Part shown: one piece after another, positions 1-11,272 of the stretch
How the letters are laid out: every line of letters begins with the position of its first letter
Position numbering within the stretch: position 1 is the first letter of the stretch
NCBI RefSeq assembly: GCF_036365525.1
Contig: NC_090376.1
Location: 112,275,651-112,339,650 of the forward strand
From: Heterodontus francisci
Lineage: Eukaryota
Direction of reading: 5' to 3'
Length of the DNA stretch: 64,000 nucleotides
The notes under the pieces: generated by a model
What the model was told of the DNA's origin: nothing
What the model saw: only the letters and a program-made list of their open reading frames with translations
The model's database searches: none
Translations under genes and position numbers: made by a program

Positions 1-2481
1 CTACTATTTAAAGGATGAGGTGCTGATGAGGCAGTGGAGACCTCCTCACAGACCTCAGACAAAGAGTGGACAGTAGTTCACGGGGTAGTGGAAGCCTCAA
101 CCTGCAATAAATCATGCACTCCTAATTCCCATACTGGCTTTTGGGGAACTGTTCAGCAAAGTGCTAATACATTGTGTGGGATCCCTTCCGAAAACAAAAG
201 AGGGCTACCAGTATCTTCTCACCATTATGGATGTGGCTACCCAATTTCCAGAGGCTATCCCTCTGAGAAATATCTCTGCCAAGGTAGTGGTGGAGGGGCT
301 AACCCAATTCTTCATCTGATATGACCTGCCTGCTGAGATCCAGTCAGATTAGGGCAGAAATCTTATGTCCAATATTTTTCCAAATGTCATGGGTAATCTG
401 GGCATAACCCAGCTAAAGTTCTCAGCCTACCACCCACAATCACAAGGGGCTTCGGAGCAGTACCTCCAGACCCTAAAGACAATGATCAGGGCGTACTGCT
501 ATGAGTACCCCCATGACTGGGACATAGGGCTGGGATTTCTTCTGTTTGCTACCAGGGACTCACCCAATGAGTTCACTGGCTTTAGTCTCTTTGAATTGGT
601 TTATGGACATGGGGTGAGAGGTCCTCTAAAACTAATCAAGGAGAGGTTTTTAGGACACAGGGGACAATTTTCCCTCTTAGACTACATCTCCATATTCTGA
701 GGACGGCTCATGAGAGCCTGCGCAGTGGCTCAGGAACACCTAAAAACTGCACAGACAACTATGAAAAGACAGGCGGATAAACATACCAAGGCCAGAACAT
801 TTCAGCCCGGAGACCATGTGTTAGTGCCAATATCATTGGAGAGAGAACCATTGAAAGCCCGGTTCAGTGGCCCATACAGAATAATAAAGAGAATTAGCCA
901 GGTGAATTATATAATTGACACCTCAGATCTTTGGAAAAATCAAGGTCTGTCCACATCAACATGTTAAAACAGTATCACAGCCGGGAAGGGGACAAACAAG
1001 CACAGGTCTGTATGGCAGTCAGGAAGGAGGAAGGTGAAAGGGACAGTGAGGATGAGTTAGAGGGAGGCCTGGAGGATTCCCAAATCGAACCCCCTACCAT
1101 CCGGTTAGCTAACACTGAAATGTTAGGGGAATTAGACACTGTACTCTCCTATTTAAATGCAGAACAGAGAGGAGACCTAACAAGGCTGCTCAGAGCATTT
1201 AAAGAGATCTGCAGGGACAAACCAGGGTGCACAACCCTAACCCTACATGGTGTGCATGTAGGAGAGACCCCTCCCATAATATAAAATCCCTATCGCCTAG
1301 GTCCCAGGAAACTAATGCAGGTTTGGGAGGAAATTCAGTATATTCTGGAGCACAAGCTGATTGAGCCCAGTCTGAGCAGTTGGAGTTCCCCAGTTGTGCT
1401 TATGCCCAAATCAAATGGCTCAACCAGGCTCTGCATTGATTAGAGAAAGATTAATGCAGTGACCAGAGCTGATTCTTATTCAATTCCCCGCCTGGAAGAG
1501 TTTATAGATAGAGTAGGAAACGCCATCTGCATAACCAAAATAGACTTGTTAAAAGGGTACTGACAGGTTCCCTGAACCACCCAAACTAAAGAGATCTCAG
1601 CTTTTGTCACCCCAGACAGCTTATTTCTGTGCCGAGTAATGCCCTGTGGATTAAGAAATGTCCCAGCCACCTTCCAAAGGCGGATGAACCAGGTAGTGGC
1701 TGGTCTGCCCAGCTGTGTAGTGTACCTGGATGATCTGTTAATGTACAGTGACACCTGGGGGATCACTTAGACCAGTTAGAAGCCCTCTTCCAAAGGTTAC
1801 AGCCAGCTGACCTCATGGTAAATCTTGAAAAGAGCGAGTTCGCTAGGGCATTTGTGGGTCAAGGGCAAGTGTTGCCCGGAGAAGCAAAGGTACAGGCGCT
1901 GATAGATTTGCCCATCCCCATGACCAAACAGGAAATAATGCAATTTTGGGGGCTGTGTGAGTTTTACTGCAAGTTCGACCCAAACATCAGTCCCACTGGC
2001 AGACTTATTGGAGAAAAAAGCAAAGGTAGTGTGGTCAGGGAAGTGTCAAACAGTTTTTGAGAGGCTGAAAGCCATTTTAACCAATGAACCGGTGCTGGAA
2101 GCTCAAAACCTTAGCAAACTAATTAAAGTGGCAGTGGATGCTAGTGACCTAGGGGTAGGTGCCGTCCTGCTCCAAGATGATGAGTCAGGATTTGAGAGAC
2201 CAGTTGGGTATTTCTGCAAAAAAATAAACAAACATCAAAGGTGATGTTTTACTGTGGAGAACAAAGCCCTGGGACTGTTGCTGGCTCTCAAACATTTTGA
2301 GCTATATGTCCAAAATGGATATAGAGAGACTGCAGCTTATACCGACTACAATCCTTTGAGCTTTCAAAACCCAGAATGCCAGGCTTTTTCGTTGGAGCCT
2401 GCTTCTGTAACCTTACCACCTAAAGATTATCCACATTGCAGGGAAAAACAATGCAATCGCTGACGCTTTATCTAGGGTTTA
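1..2481 (+). pseudogene. Gypsy pol (integrase, RT, RNase H) with many stops and frameshifts
   Basis: ORF fragments 365-700, 710-967, 931-1284, 1815-2060, 1957-2244 and 2254-2463 are collinear with pol domains. Confidence 0.88.
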
Positions 2482-2637
2482 GCTCAGCATGGAACCATCC
2501 CGGATATAAAAAGAACTGAACCAGAGCATGGCTATGACAGTGAGACTGATGAGTGTGTGTGTACAGTTTCTTTTTAAATCTGAGACCTCATAATAAAATG
2601 GTCCTGGCATCACATTTCATTTCACGTGGTAGGGAGG

Positions 2638-3301
2638 TGTCACGCCAACTTGCTTTGTTGAATGATAATTTTCTTTAATCCACGGACTGGAGATCTGAAT
2701 TTATATTTTTTCAAGAAATTTTAAAAAGAACAGCTAAAAGATGACTTTGCTAGCAGTTTAAGATGGCCACCTAATTTGGAGATGAAATGTCTGATCACTC
2801 CCAATAAAAACAAAGACGCAGGAAGTCTAAGAGAACTGCTGGTTCTTTTTCTTTCAGCAAAAGAAATACTGCTAACTACTACGCTTGAATCACTGAATGA
2901 CTGTGATGTGACAAGCCCCTCCCCATCTACCTCTTCAAACTAAAAGCCTCAGGACCACTGAATTCAGCTGGAAGCCAGCTGAATCATCAAACCCCACAGA
3001 CTGTATACCTCTTTTCCTATGGATTCTAATTCAACCAATCTACCTTTCCCCACTCTGTAACCTATTTGCGTGTGTGTAAACCTCTAGTGGGAGGGGTGTG
3101 TGTGTGTGAGTGTAAGTTAACACATAGGTTATCCTTTTTATTAGTTCGGTTTCGCTACAATAAAGTTAACCACTTTATTAAACACATGTAAACCTCTCCA
3201 ACTGGTTCTTGCCAGTACATCCAAGAATTAAACCTGTTGTGGTCAAACAAGGAGAGGGAAAAGAGGGAAGCCCTTCGACCCCTCCTCACTTGACTGTAAC
3301 A
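2638..3301 (+). repeat. 3' LTR of the Gypsy element
   Basis: Starts TGTCAC directly after purine-rich GGTAGGGAGG, ends TGTAACA, and has AATAAA ~140 bp before the end. Confidence 0.8.
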
Positions 3302-3460
3302 CTCCTATTTCTATGCTTACTAGCATGTGACACTGGCAGTAATCCAGAGATTACTATATTGGAGGTTCTGCTTGCTAGTTTGTTTCCTAGCTCTCTAGCA
3401 GGTCCTCATCCCACTTCCTACCTATATCATTGGTACCGATATGGACCATGACCTCTGACT
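3302..3460 (-). mobile_element. CR1 ORF1 (SGNH esterase) fragment, the target of the LTR insertion
   Basis: Reverse complement resembles the CR1 ORF1 segment (VHIGTNDIG...SKVVISGLLPV) seen at ~5140-5265 and ~44880-45010. Confidence 0.65.
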
Positions 3461-3464
3461 GCCT

Positions 3465-3710
3465 CAGTAATGGCACCATGAAACTATCATCAATTGTTGT
3501 AAAAATGCATCTGATTCACTAATGTCCTTCAGGGAAAGAAATCTGCCTTGGCTTGCCTTACATGTGACTCCAGACCCACAGCAATGTGGTTGTCTCTTAA
3601 CTTCCCTCTGAAATGGCCGAGCAAGTGATTCAGTTCAAGGGAAATTAAGGGCAACAAACGCTGGCCATACCAGTGGCGTCCACATCCAATGAAAGAATGA
3701 AGAAAAAAAT
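3465..3710 (+). mobile_element. SINE body and tail (family whose tail matches the LINE at 59370-62800)
   Basis: Ends ..caagggaaattaagggcaacaaacgctggcc..gtccacatccaatgaaagaatgaagaaaaaaa. Body matches the minus-strand copies at ~33650-34150, ~38400-38640 and ~62950-63240. Confidence 0.7.
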
Positions 3711-3745
3711 GGGTCTGCGTTGGCACAGTGGGTATTGGGTTCTGA

Positions 3746-3933
3746 CGCCATCGATGGATTCCTTCAGGAGCAGTGCTGTATCAATGTGGCCATCAAAGCA
3801 CCCAGCGACAGGCCAGTGAGATTCATCAGTAGGAAGGTCTTCCACTGTCTCAACATCCAAATGGTCTGCAACCACAACAAGATCTTCCTCCATGTTTGCA
3901 CTCGCTTTCCATGACTCCTTCATCCTTACCAGT
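3746..3933 (+). pseudogene. PIF/Harbinger transposase fragment (upstream piece of a gene split by the CR1 insertion)
   Basis: Translates to VAIKAPSDRPVRFISRKVFHCLNIQMVCNHNKIFLHVCTRFP..HDSFIL, the HARBI1-type DDE core. Confidence 0.8.
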
Positions 3934-4529
3934 GCCGTCCACATCCCATGAAAGAATAAAGAAAAAAATGGGCCTGCATTGGCACCATGGGTATTGGGTT
4001 CTGACTAACCTGAAGTCGGGGATGGCGGCAGCAGACGTGGAAGGAGTTGGGAGTAGAACCAGACCTATAAAAGAAAGAGCGGGGCTCGAGGCCCTTCACT
4101 AACCTGAAGTCGGGGACGGCGGCATCGGACTGTCTGACTGTTTCTGCGCGTGCTCTGTTTGGATTTAGTGTAAAAAAAACGAACAGTGACATCACTTAAA
4201 TTCTGTGCACTGATTGGTTGGTGGGCAGCAGCTGTTATTGTTTGGGGATAACTGTGATTGATCGGAGTTAAAAGAAAGGTTCCTTTTAAATTAAAGCCCT
4301 AGGATAACTACCTGTAAATTTTTAGTTTTTACTGGCTATACTAGTGCTGTTTGCATGGAGTGAGGCTGTAAGTTAAGTGTGGGTATTTTCGTTGGCTGGG
4401 GGCGGTGGAAGGTGCTCAGTGGTCTTTTTCTTTCTCAGCCTTAAAGGTACACGCAATAAAAGTTGATTGTAAATAGCTGGTAAGTTATTACTCTAGCAAG
4501 TTTTTTTTTTCATTGTAAAAGTAAGTAAC

Positions 4530-5478
4530 GTCAGGGCAGCTTGGCCAAGCAGAATGTACCTCCTGTGCAATGTGGGAAGTCGTGGACGTGCCATGTGACC
4601 TTGGCAAGCATGTCTGCAGAAAGTGTCTCTGGTTGCAGAAGACTGAGCTTCGGGTTTCGGAGCTCGACTGGCGGCTGGAGTCACTGTGGCGCATCCGCGA
4701 GGTGGAGGACTACGTGGATGGCATGTTTCCGGAGGTAGTCAAGCCGGTGCCTAGGCAAGCACAGTTGGGGATGGTGACTGGGTGGCTGCCGGATGGACAA
4801 AGAAATCAGGGCACGTAGTGCAGGAATCCCCAGAGGACATCACACTTTCTAACCGGTTTTCAGTTCTGAGTACCAATGAGTGAGAGGGTTCCTCTGGAGA
4901 ATGCACCGAGAGTCATGACTGGAATGTCATGGCTGACTCGGCTGTGCTGGGATGGAGAAAAAGGGACAAGAGGACAATATTGGTAGGGGATTCTATGGTT
5001 AGAGGAACAGATAGGCATTTCTGTGGTCGCAGACGTCATTCCAGGATAGTATGTTGCCTCCCTGGTGCAAGGGTCTTGGATATCACTGAGCGGCTACAAA
5101 GTATTCTGGAGGGTGAGGGTGCACCCGGAGGTCATGGTCCATGTTGGTATCAATGATATAGGTAGAAAGAGAGATGAGGTCCTGCAAAAAGAATTTACGG
5201 AGCTAGGCAGCAGATTAAAACGTAGGACCTCAAAGGTTGTAATCTTTAGGTTTCTTCCAGTGCCACGGGCTGGTGAGTATGTGAATAGAAGGTTAGAGCA
5301 GATGAATGCATGGTTGGGGAGATGATGCAGGAGGGAGGGCTTTAGATTCTTGGATCACTGGGTCTGTTTATGGCGAAGGTGGGATCTGTATATGATGGAC
5401 GGATTGCACCTGAACCAAAACGGGACCAGCATCCTTGCTGGGAGGTTTGCCAGTGCTGTTGGTGGGGGTTTAAACTAA
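4530..5478 (+). pseudogene. CR1 ORF1: CxxC..CxxC zinc finger, leucine zipper, GDSL/SGNH esterase
   Basis: Motifs ECTSCAMWEV..HVCRKC, LRVSELDWRLESL, ILVGDSMVRG, VHVGINDIG and DGLHLN, with stops and frameshifts. Confidence 0.88.
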
Positions 5479-5616
5479 TTTGGCGGGGGATGGGATACAG
5501 AGTGGAAGCAGAGTAGGGGGTGTTGTACAATCAAATATAAATGTGAAGCTAAGTCAGTCCGGAGGACAGAGTAAATGTAGACCTGTTAAGGCTCAGGCAA
5601 ATAATGCAAGGCTGGA

Positions 5617-8420
5617 TTGTATCTATTTTAATGTAAGGAGTCTTACTAATAAGGCAGATGAATTGAGAGTGTTGATTAACACATGGGAATATGATATTAT
5701 TGCTATCACTGAGACATGGTTGAGGGAAGGGCAGGACTGGCAGCTTAATATCCCAGGGTATGGAATCTTCAGATGTGATAAGAGAGGGGGTAAAAGAGGA
5801 GGTAGCATCGCACTGTTGATTAAGGAGTCAATTACTGCAGTAAGGAGGGATGATATCCTAGAAGGTTCCTCTAATGAGGCCATATGGGTAGAACTTAAAA
5901 ACAAAAAGGGAGCTATTACTTGGCTGCGAGTGTACTACAGGCCTCCAAACATTCAGGCAGTAGTAGAGGAGCAGATATGTGGGCAAATCTCAGAGAGGTG
6001 CAAAAATAATAGGGTAATAATAGTAGGGGATTTCAACTCAGTAGGGCAGCTCACCACCACCTTCTCAAGGGCAATTAGGGATGGGCAATAAATGCTGGCC
6101 TGGCCAGCGATGCCCACATCCCATGAATGAATAAAAAAAAAATTAGAGGGGATAATATTAGTACAAAAAGCTTAAAGGGAGTGGAATTCTTCAAGTGCAT
6201 TCAGGACAGCTTTTTGAGCCAGCACGTAGAGAATCCTACAAGAGGAGGGGCAGTACTGGACCTAATCCTAGGGAATGAAGCCGGACAAGCGGTAGAAGTG
6301 GCAGTGGGGGAGCATTTCAGGGATAGTGACCATAACTCTGTAAGATTTAAGGTTGTTATGGAAAAGGACATAGAGGGACCAGAAATAATAAGAGTACTGA
6401 ATTGGGGGAAGGCAGATTGCAATATGACAAAACAGGATCTGGCCAAAGTGAACAGGGAGCAGCTTCTTAAGCCTACATCAGACCAGTGGGAGTCATTTAG
6501 AAGGGAAATTGTGAGGGTTCAGGTGCAGCATGTTCCTGTAAAGGTGAAGATTAGGACCAACAGGTCAAGGGAACCCTGGATGTCAAGGGATATAGAGGAT
6601 TGGATAAGGAAAAAAAGGAGGCTTATGGCAGATTCAGAGTGCTGAAAACAGCGGAGGCCCTAGAGGAGTATAGAAAGTGTAGGGAGGTACTTAAAAAAGT
6701 AATTAGGAGAGTGAAGAGGGGGCATGAAAAAACACTGGCAGACAAGATAAAGGAAAATCCCAAGGCGTTTTATAAGTATGTTAGGTGCAAGAGGATAACC
6801 AGGGAAAAAGTGGAGCCCATTAGGGATCATAGTGACAATCGGTGTGAGGAGCCGGAGGAGATAGGGGAGGTTTTGAACGATTACTTTTCATCTGTGTTCA
6901 CTGTGGAGAGGGACGATGTAGATGTAGTGATCAGAGAGGGGGATTGTGATATACTTGAACAAATTAGCATTGTAAAGGAAGAAGTATTGGCTGTATGAGT
7001 GGGCTTAAAGGTGGATAAATCCCCAGGCCCAGATGAGATGTATCCCAGGCTGCTATGTGAGGCAAGGGAGGAGATAGCTGGGGCTCTGACAGAATTTTTA
7101 AGATCCTCTCTGGCCACAGGAGAGGTGCCAGAGGATTGGAGGACAGCGAATGTAGTACCATTATTCAAGAAGGGTAGCAGGGATAAACCAGGTAATTACA
7201 GGCTGGTGAGTCTAACATCAGTGGTAGGGAAATAATTGGAAAAAATTCTGAGAGACAGGATTAATCTCCACTTGGAGAGGCAGGGATTAATCAGGGATAG
7301 TCAGCATGGCTTTGTCAGGGGGAGATCATGTCTAACAAATGTGATTGAATTTTTCGAGGTGGTAACTAGATGTGTAGATGAGGGTAAAGCAGTTGATGTA
7401 GTCTACATGGACTTCAGTAAGGCTTTTGATAAGGTCCCACATGGCAGATTGGTTAAGGAAGTAAAAGCCCATGGGATCCAGAGTAATTTTGCGAATTGGA
7501 TTCAAAATTGGCTTAGTGGAAGGAGGCAGAGGGTGATGGTCGAGGGTTGTTTTGTGAATGGAGGCCTGTGACCAGTGGGGAACCACAGGGATCGGTGCTG
7601 GGACCCTTACTGTTTGTAGTGTACATTAATTATTTAGACATGAATATAAGAGGTATGATCAGTAAGTTCGCAGATGACACGAAAATTGGTGGTGTCATAA
7701 ATAGTGAGGAGGAAAGCCTTAGACTACAGAACAATATAGATGGGCTGGTAAGATGGGCGGAGCAGTGGCAAATGGAGTTTAATCCTGAGAAGTGTGAGGT
7801 GATGCACTTTGGGAGGTCTAACAAGGCAATGGAATATACAATGGATGGTAGGCCCCTTGGGAGTACCGAGGGTCAGAGGGACCTTGGGGTGCTTGTCCAT
7901 AGATCACTGAAGGCAGCAGCACAGGTAGATAAGGTGGTTAGGAAAGCATACGGGATACTTGCCTTTATTCGCCGAGGCATAGAAGGTAAGAGCAGGGAGG
8001 CTATGTTGGAGCTGTATAAAATGCTGGTTAGGCCACAGCTGGAGTATTGTGTACAGTTCTGGTCACCACACTATAGGAAGGATGCGATTGCAATGGAGAG
8101 GGTGCAGAGGAGATTCACCAGGATATTGCCTGGGATGGAGCATTTCATTATAAAGACAGACTGGATAGGCTGGGGTTGTTTTCCTTGGAGTGGAGATGGC
8201 TGAGGGGGGACCTGATTGAGGATAGAATAGATAGGAAGAAACTTTTTCCCTTAGCGGAGAGGTCAATAACTAGGGGGCATAGATTTAAGGTAAGGGGCAA
8301 AAGGTTTAGAGAAGAGTTGAGGGAAAATTTTTTCACCCAGAGGGTGGTTGGAATCTGGAACCACTGCCTGAAGAGGAGGTAGAGGCAGGAACACTCATGA
8401 CATTCAAGAAGTATTTAGAT
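5617..8420 (+). pseudogene. CR1 ORF2: APE endonuclease and reverse transcriptase
   Basis: Motifs YFNVRSL..IIAITETWL, YRPP, GDFN, SDHN, KSPGPD, NYRLVSLTS, DFSKAFD, PQGSVLGP, KFADDTK and VRPQLEYCVQFWSP. Confidence 0.92.
6040..6142 (+). mobile_element. Short 3' tail of a second LINE family inserted into the CR1 endonuclease
   Basis: ggcagctcaccaccaccttctcaagggcaattagggatgggcaataaatgctggcc..cccatgaatgaataaaaaaaaa interrupts the ORF after GDFN and matches the reverse complement of ~59375-59465. Confidence 0.85.
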
Positions 8421-8575
8421 GAACACTTGAAACGCCATAACATACAAGGCTACGGGCCAATTGCAGGGAAATGGGATTAATTAGGACCAGTGCTTGATGG
8501 TCGGCGCAGGCACGTTGGGCCAAAGTGCCTGTTACTGTGCTGTAAAATTCTGACTCTATGACTCTCTATGACACT

Positions 8576-9110
8576 ATCCTTCACCAGTCCAGGTTGTCTC
8601 AGATCTTCACTCCATCTCCTTGAAGAGATGGCTACTGCCTCCCTCAATGGAAGCCCGAGACAGAGGCACAGAGACAAAACAACTAATGCCACCTGCTCAG
8701 CAGGACAACAATTAAACAGGCCATCGGGTTTCTGAAGCTGCGATTCTGGTGCCTGGATCGGTCAGGTGGCACCCTCCAATACCCTCCTACAAGGGTATTG
8801 GCCATTGTGGTGGTCTGCTGCACTCTCCATAACATGGCCCTCCAGAGAGGTGTGGATCTTGAGGACAGTGAGGCCCTGGAAGGAGACAGCTCATCAGGGG
8901 AGGAGCAGGAGGTAAGAGAGGAGGAGGAAGAGGGGTGGAGTGAGATAACACTGAACAGAGAGGTGCCCCTTTTGCATGACAAGGTGACCTCCTCCTGCCA
9001 CCGTCTGGGAAGAGGACCTCCCTCCCCTCCCTGAAGACAACTAGCAGCCTCAGTGACGGCTGCCATGGAGGTCTACATGAGCTCCACACTGGATCTAACC
9101 CACTGTTTTT
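8576..9110 (+). pseudogene. PIF/Harbinger transposase C-terminal fragment (continues 3746-3933)
   Basis: Translates to ILHQSRLSQIFTP..RTTIKQAIGFLKLRFWCLDRSGGTLQY..IVVVCCTLHNMAL, followed by an acidic tail. Confidence 0.82.
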
Positions 9111-9239
9111 TTCAAACCTACAGGCTGTAAGAGGACAGGAAACCTGTCTCCAAACAAATTAAGGCTTTCCCACTCAAAAATTACAATCTGAATCAGCTTG
9201 ACAGACGTGGCAGGTTTCAGACCAAAAACCCATGATAAG

Positions 9240-9675
9240 ATATTAGGACAAATGTAGGTCAGTTTTTAAACAGCATCTTAATGAAAGAGAGAGAGGTAGA
9301 GAGGCGGAAAAGTTTATTGAGGGAATTCCAGGGCTTGGCCTAGGTAGCTAAAGACATGGCCACCAATGGTGGATTGATTAATGTCGAGGATGCGTAAGAG
9401 GCCAGAATTAGAGCAACACAGAGTTCTAGGAGAGTTGTAGGGCTAGAAGAGGTTACAGAGGTAGATAGGTGTGAGGCCATGGAGGGATTTGAAAACAAGG
9501 ATGAGAATTTTAAAATTGAAGCGTTACTGATTCTGGAGCCAATATAGCTAAGTGGGCATTGGAGTGATGGGTGAACGGGACTTGGTTTGAATTAGGTTAT
9601 GGGTAGCACAGTTTTGGATGAACTCAAGTTAATGGAGAATGGTAGATGGGAGGTTCACCAGGACTGTATTAAAGT
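9240..9675 (-). mobile_element. L2 LINE 3' fragment
   Basis: Minus strand reads LELIQN..TKSRSPITP..FNFKILILVFKSLHGLTPIYLCNL, typical of the L2 ORF2 C-terminus. Confidence 0.8.
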
Positions 9676-10212
9676 AGATCAGGGGTTGGCAACCTGCAGC
9701 TCTGGAACGGCTCCTTGGGGTCTGATATGTAGCTCCCGAGCGGCTCCCAAATGAACACATCTTTCAAACATTGACTGCAATGTGTTTTCAGAGAATTGTT
9801 CCCCCAATGTGCTCCCAATGCAGAAACATTTTTTAAAAATCATCAGCTGTCTAAAAATTTCTGCCTGTCGAGTGCTTCACCAGGAAAAATGGCGTCCTTC
9901 ACAATCACCTGCCATCCAATCATGTGAGTCACGTGCAAGCAAGCACATTAATCAATAAAATATTTCACTCACGCTGGCCCTGGTTGGTCTGTTCAAAAAA
10001 CTAACCCAAAATGGCACATTCTGATTGGTCACCGTATTCACAACCTGATTCATCGGCATTAATGGGTTAGCACTCCATGATTGGCTGGATCTACAATAAG
10101 TAGGGTGCTAATTGGTCAATTGTAACAAAAATTCTGTTGATGGTCTTGATGCTGTGCTGGTGAGCACATGCAGATAGTCGCATTAATCAATAATGGAGCG
10201 CACTCACTCTGG

Positions 10213-11152
10213 AATCAAAACAGAAAGTGCTGGAAATACTCAGCAAGTCTGGCAGCGTCTGTAGAAAGAGAAACAAAGTTAGTGTTTCAGGTTGATGATC
10301 TTTCATCAGATCGGGCAAAGATTAGAAATGTAATAGGTTTTGAGAAAGTGAAAGGGGGGGCGGTGGGGGTGTTGTGGTAGGAAGAACAACAAAAGGGAAT
10401 GTTTGTGATAGGGCAGAGGGCAGGAGAGATTAAATAACAAAGATGTCATGGAATAAAAGGCAAAGGGAGTGGTAATAGTTGAATTAAAAGACAAAGCATT
10501 TGTCCAGCGAGAGTGTTAATGGCAAAATAACGAACAGCTCTGTCCGAAAGCAAAAGCATGAAAAACAAGTTTAAGACAGCCGCATAGTAAAAAAAAAACA
10601 CAATCAAAATAGCGATCATGGTCTGAAATTGTTGAACTCAATATTGTGTCCAGAAGGCTGTAAAGTGCCTAATCGGAAGATGAGGTGCTGTTCCTCGAGC
10701 TTGCATTGAATTTCACTGGAATACTGCAGCAGGCCGAGGACAGAAATGTGGGCATGAGAGAAAGGTGGGGAATTAAAATGGCAAGCTTTCGGAAGCTTGG
10801 GGTCATGCTTGCGGACTGAGCAGATGTGTTCCACAAAGCGGTAACCCTATCTGCGTTTGGTCTCCCTAGTGTAGAGGAGACTGCACTGTGAGCAGCGAGT
10901 ACAGTATACTCAATTGAAAGAAGTACAGGTAAATCGGTGCATCACCTGGAAGAAGTGTTTGGGGCCTTGGATGGTGACGAGAGAGGAGGTAAAAAGGAAG
11001 GTGTTACACCTCTTGCGATTGCATGGGAAGGTGCCGTGGGAGGGGGACGAGGTATCAATGGTGATGGAGGAGTGGACCAGGGTGTTGCGGAAGGAACAGT
11101 CCCTTCAGAATGCTGATGGGGAGGGAAGGAGAAGATGTGTTTGGTGGTAGCA
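10213..11152 (-). mobile_element. Penelope-like element, 5'-truncated (GIY-YIG C-terminus and 3' region with a degenerate hammerhead motif at 10277-10313)
   Basis: ORF 10616-10834 (EHICSVRKHD..HFNS..KLEEQHLIFRLGTLQPSGHNIEF) matches the copies at 47985-48215 and ~60740-60947. Confidence 0.88.
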
Positions 11153-11272
11153 TAATGCTCTGGCTCTGGTGTTGAGGCTGTGTTGGTGAGCATGTGTGTC
11201 ATGTGCAGGCAGGCAGATAAATCATTAAAGGAACAAACTTACTCTGGTCTTTGTTTTGGGGCTGCTTTGGAA

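Larger units (their letters stand above)
1..3301 (+). mobile_element. Gypsy/Ty3 LTR retrotransposon with Gmr1-like domain order (INT-RT-RH), decayed; 5' part lies outside the window
   Basis: Integrase motifs (FSAYHPQSQGASE, FELVYG, GPY) at ~365-960 come first. RT follows (PATFQR..NQV, VYLDDLL at ~1660-1740), then RNase H (VAVDASDLGVGAVLLQ, ERPVGYF, DYNPL, NAIADALSR ending ~2480), a polypurine tract and an LTR. Confidence 0.9.
4005..8575 (+). mobile_element. Near full-length CR1 LINE (5' UTR, ORF1, ORF2), decayed
   Basis: ORF1 has a zinc finger, leucine zipper and SGNH esterase. ORF2 has an APE endonuclease and RT. The 3' end is a tandem ctatgact microsatellite tail. Confidence 0.93.

Noticed and set aside
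5480-6091. 203-aa ORF as a stand-alone endonuclease gene
   Set aside because: It is the CR1 ORF2 APE domain, cut short by an inserted LINE tail.
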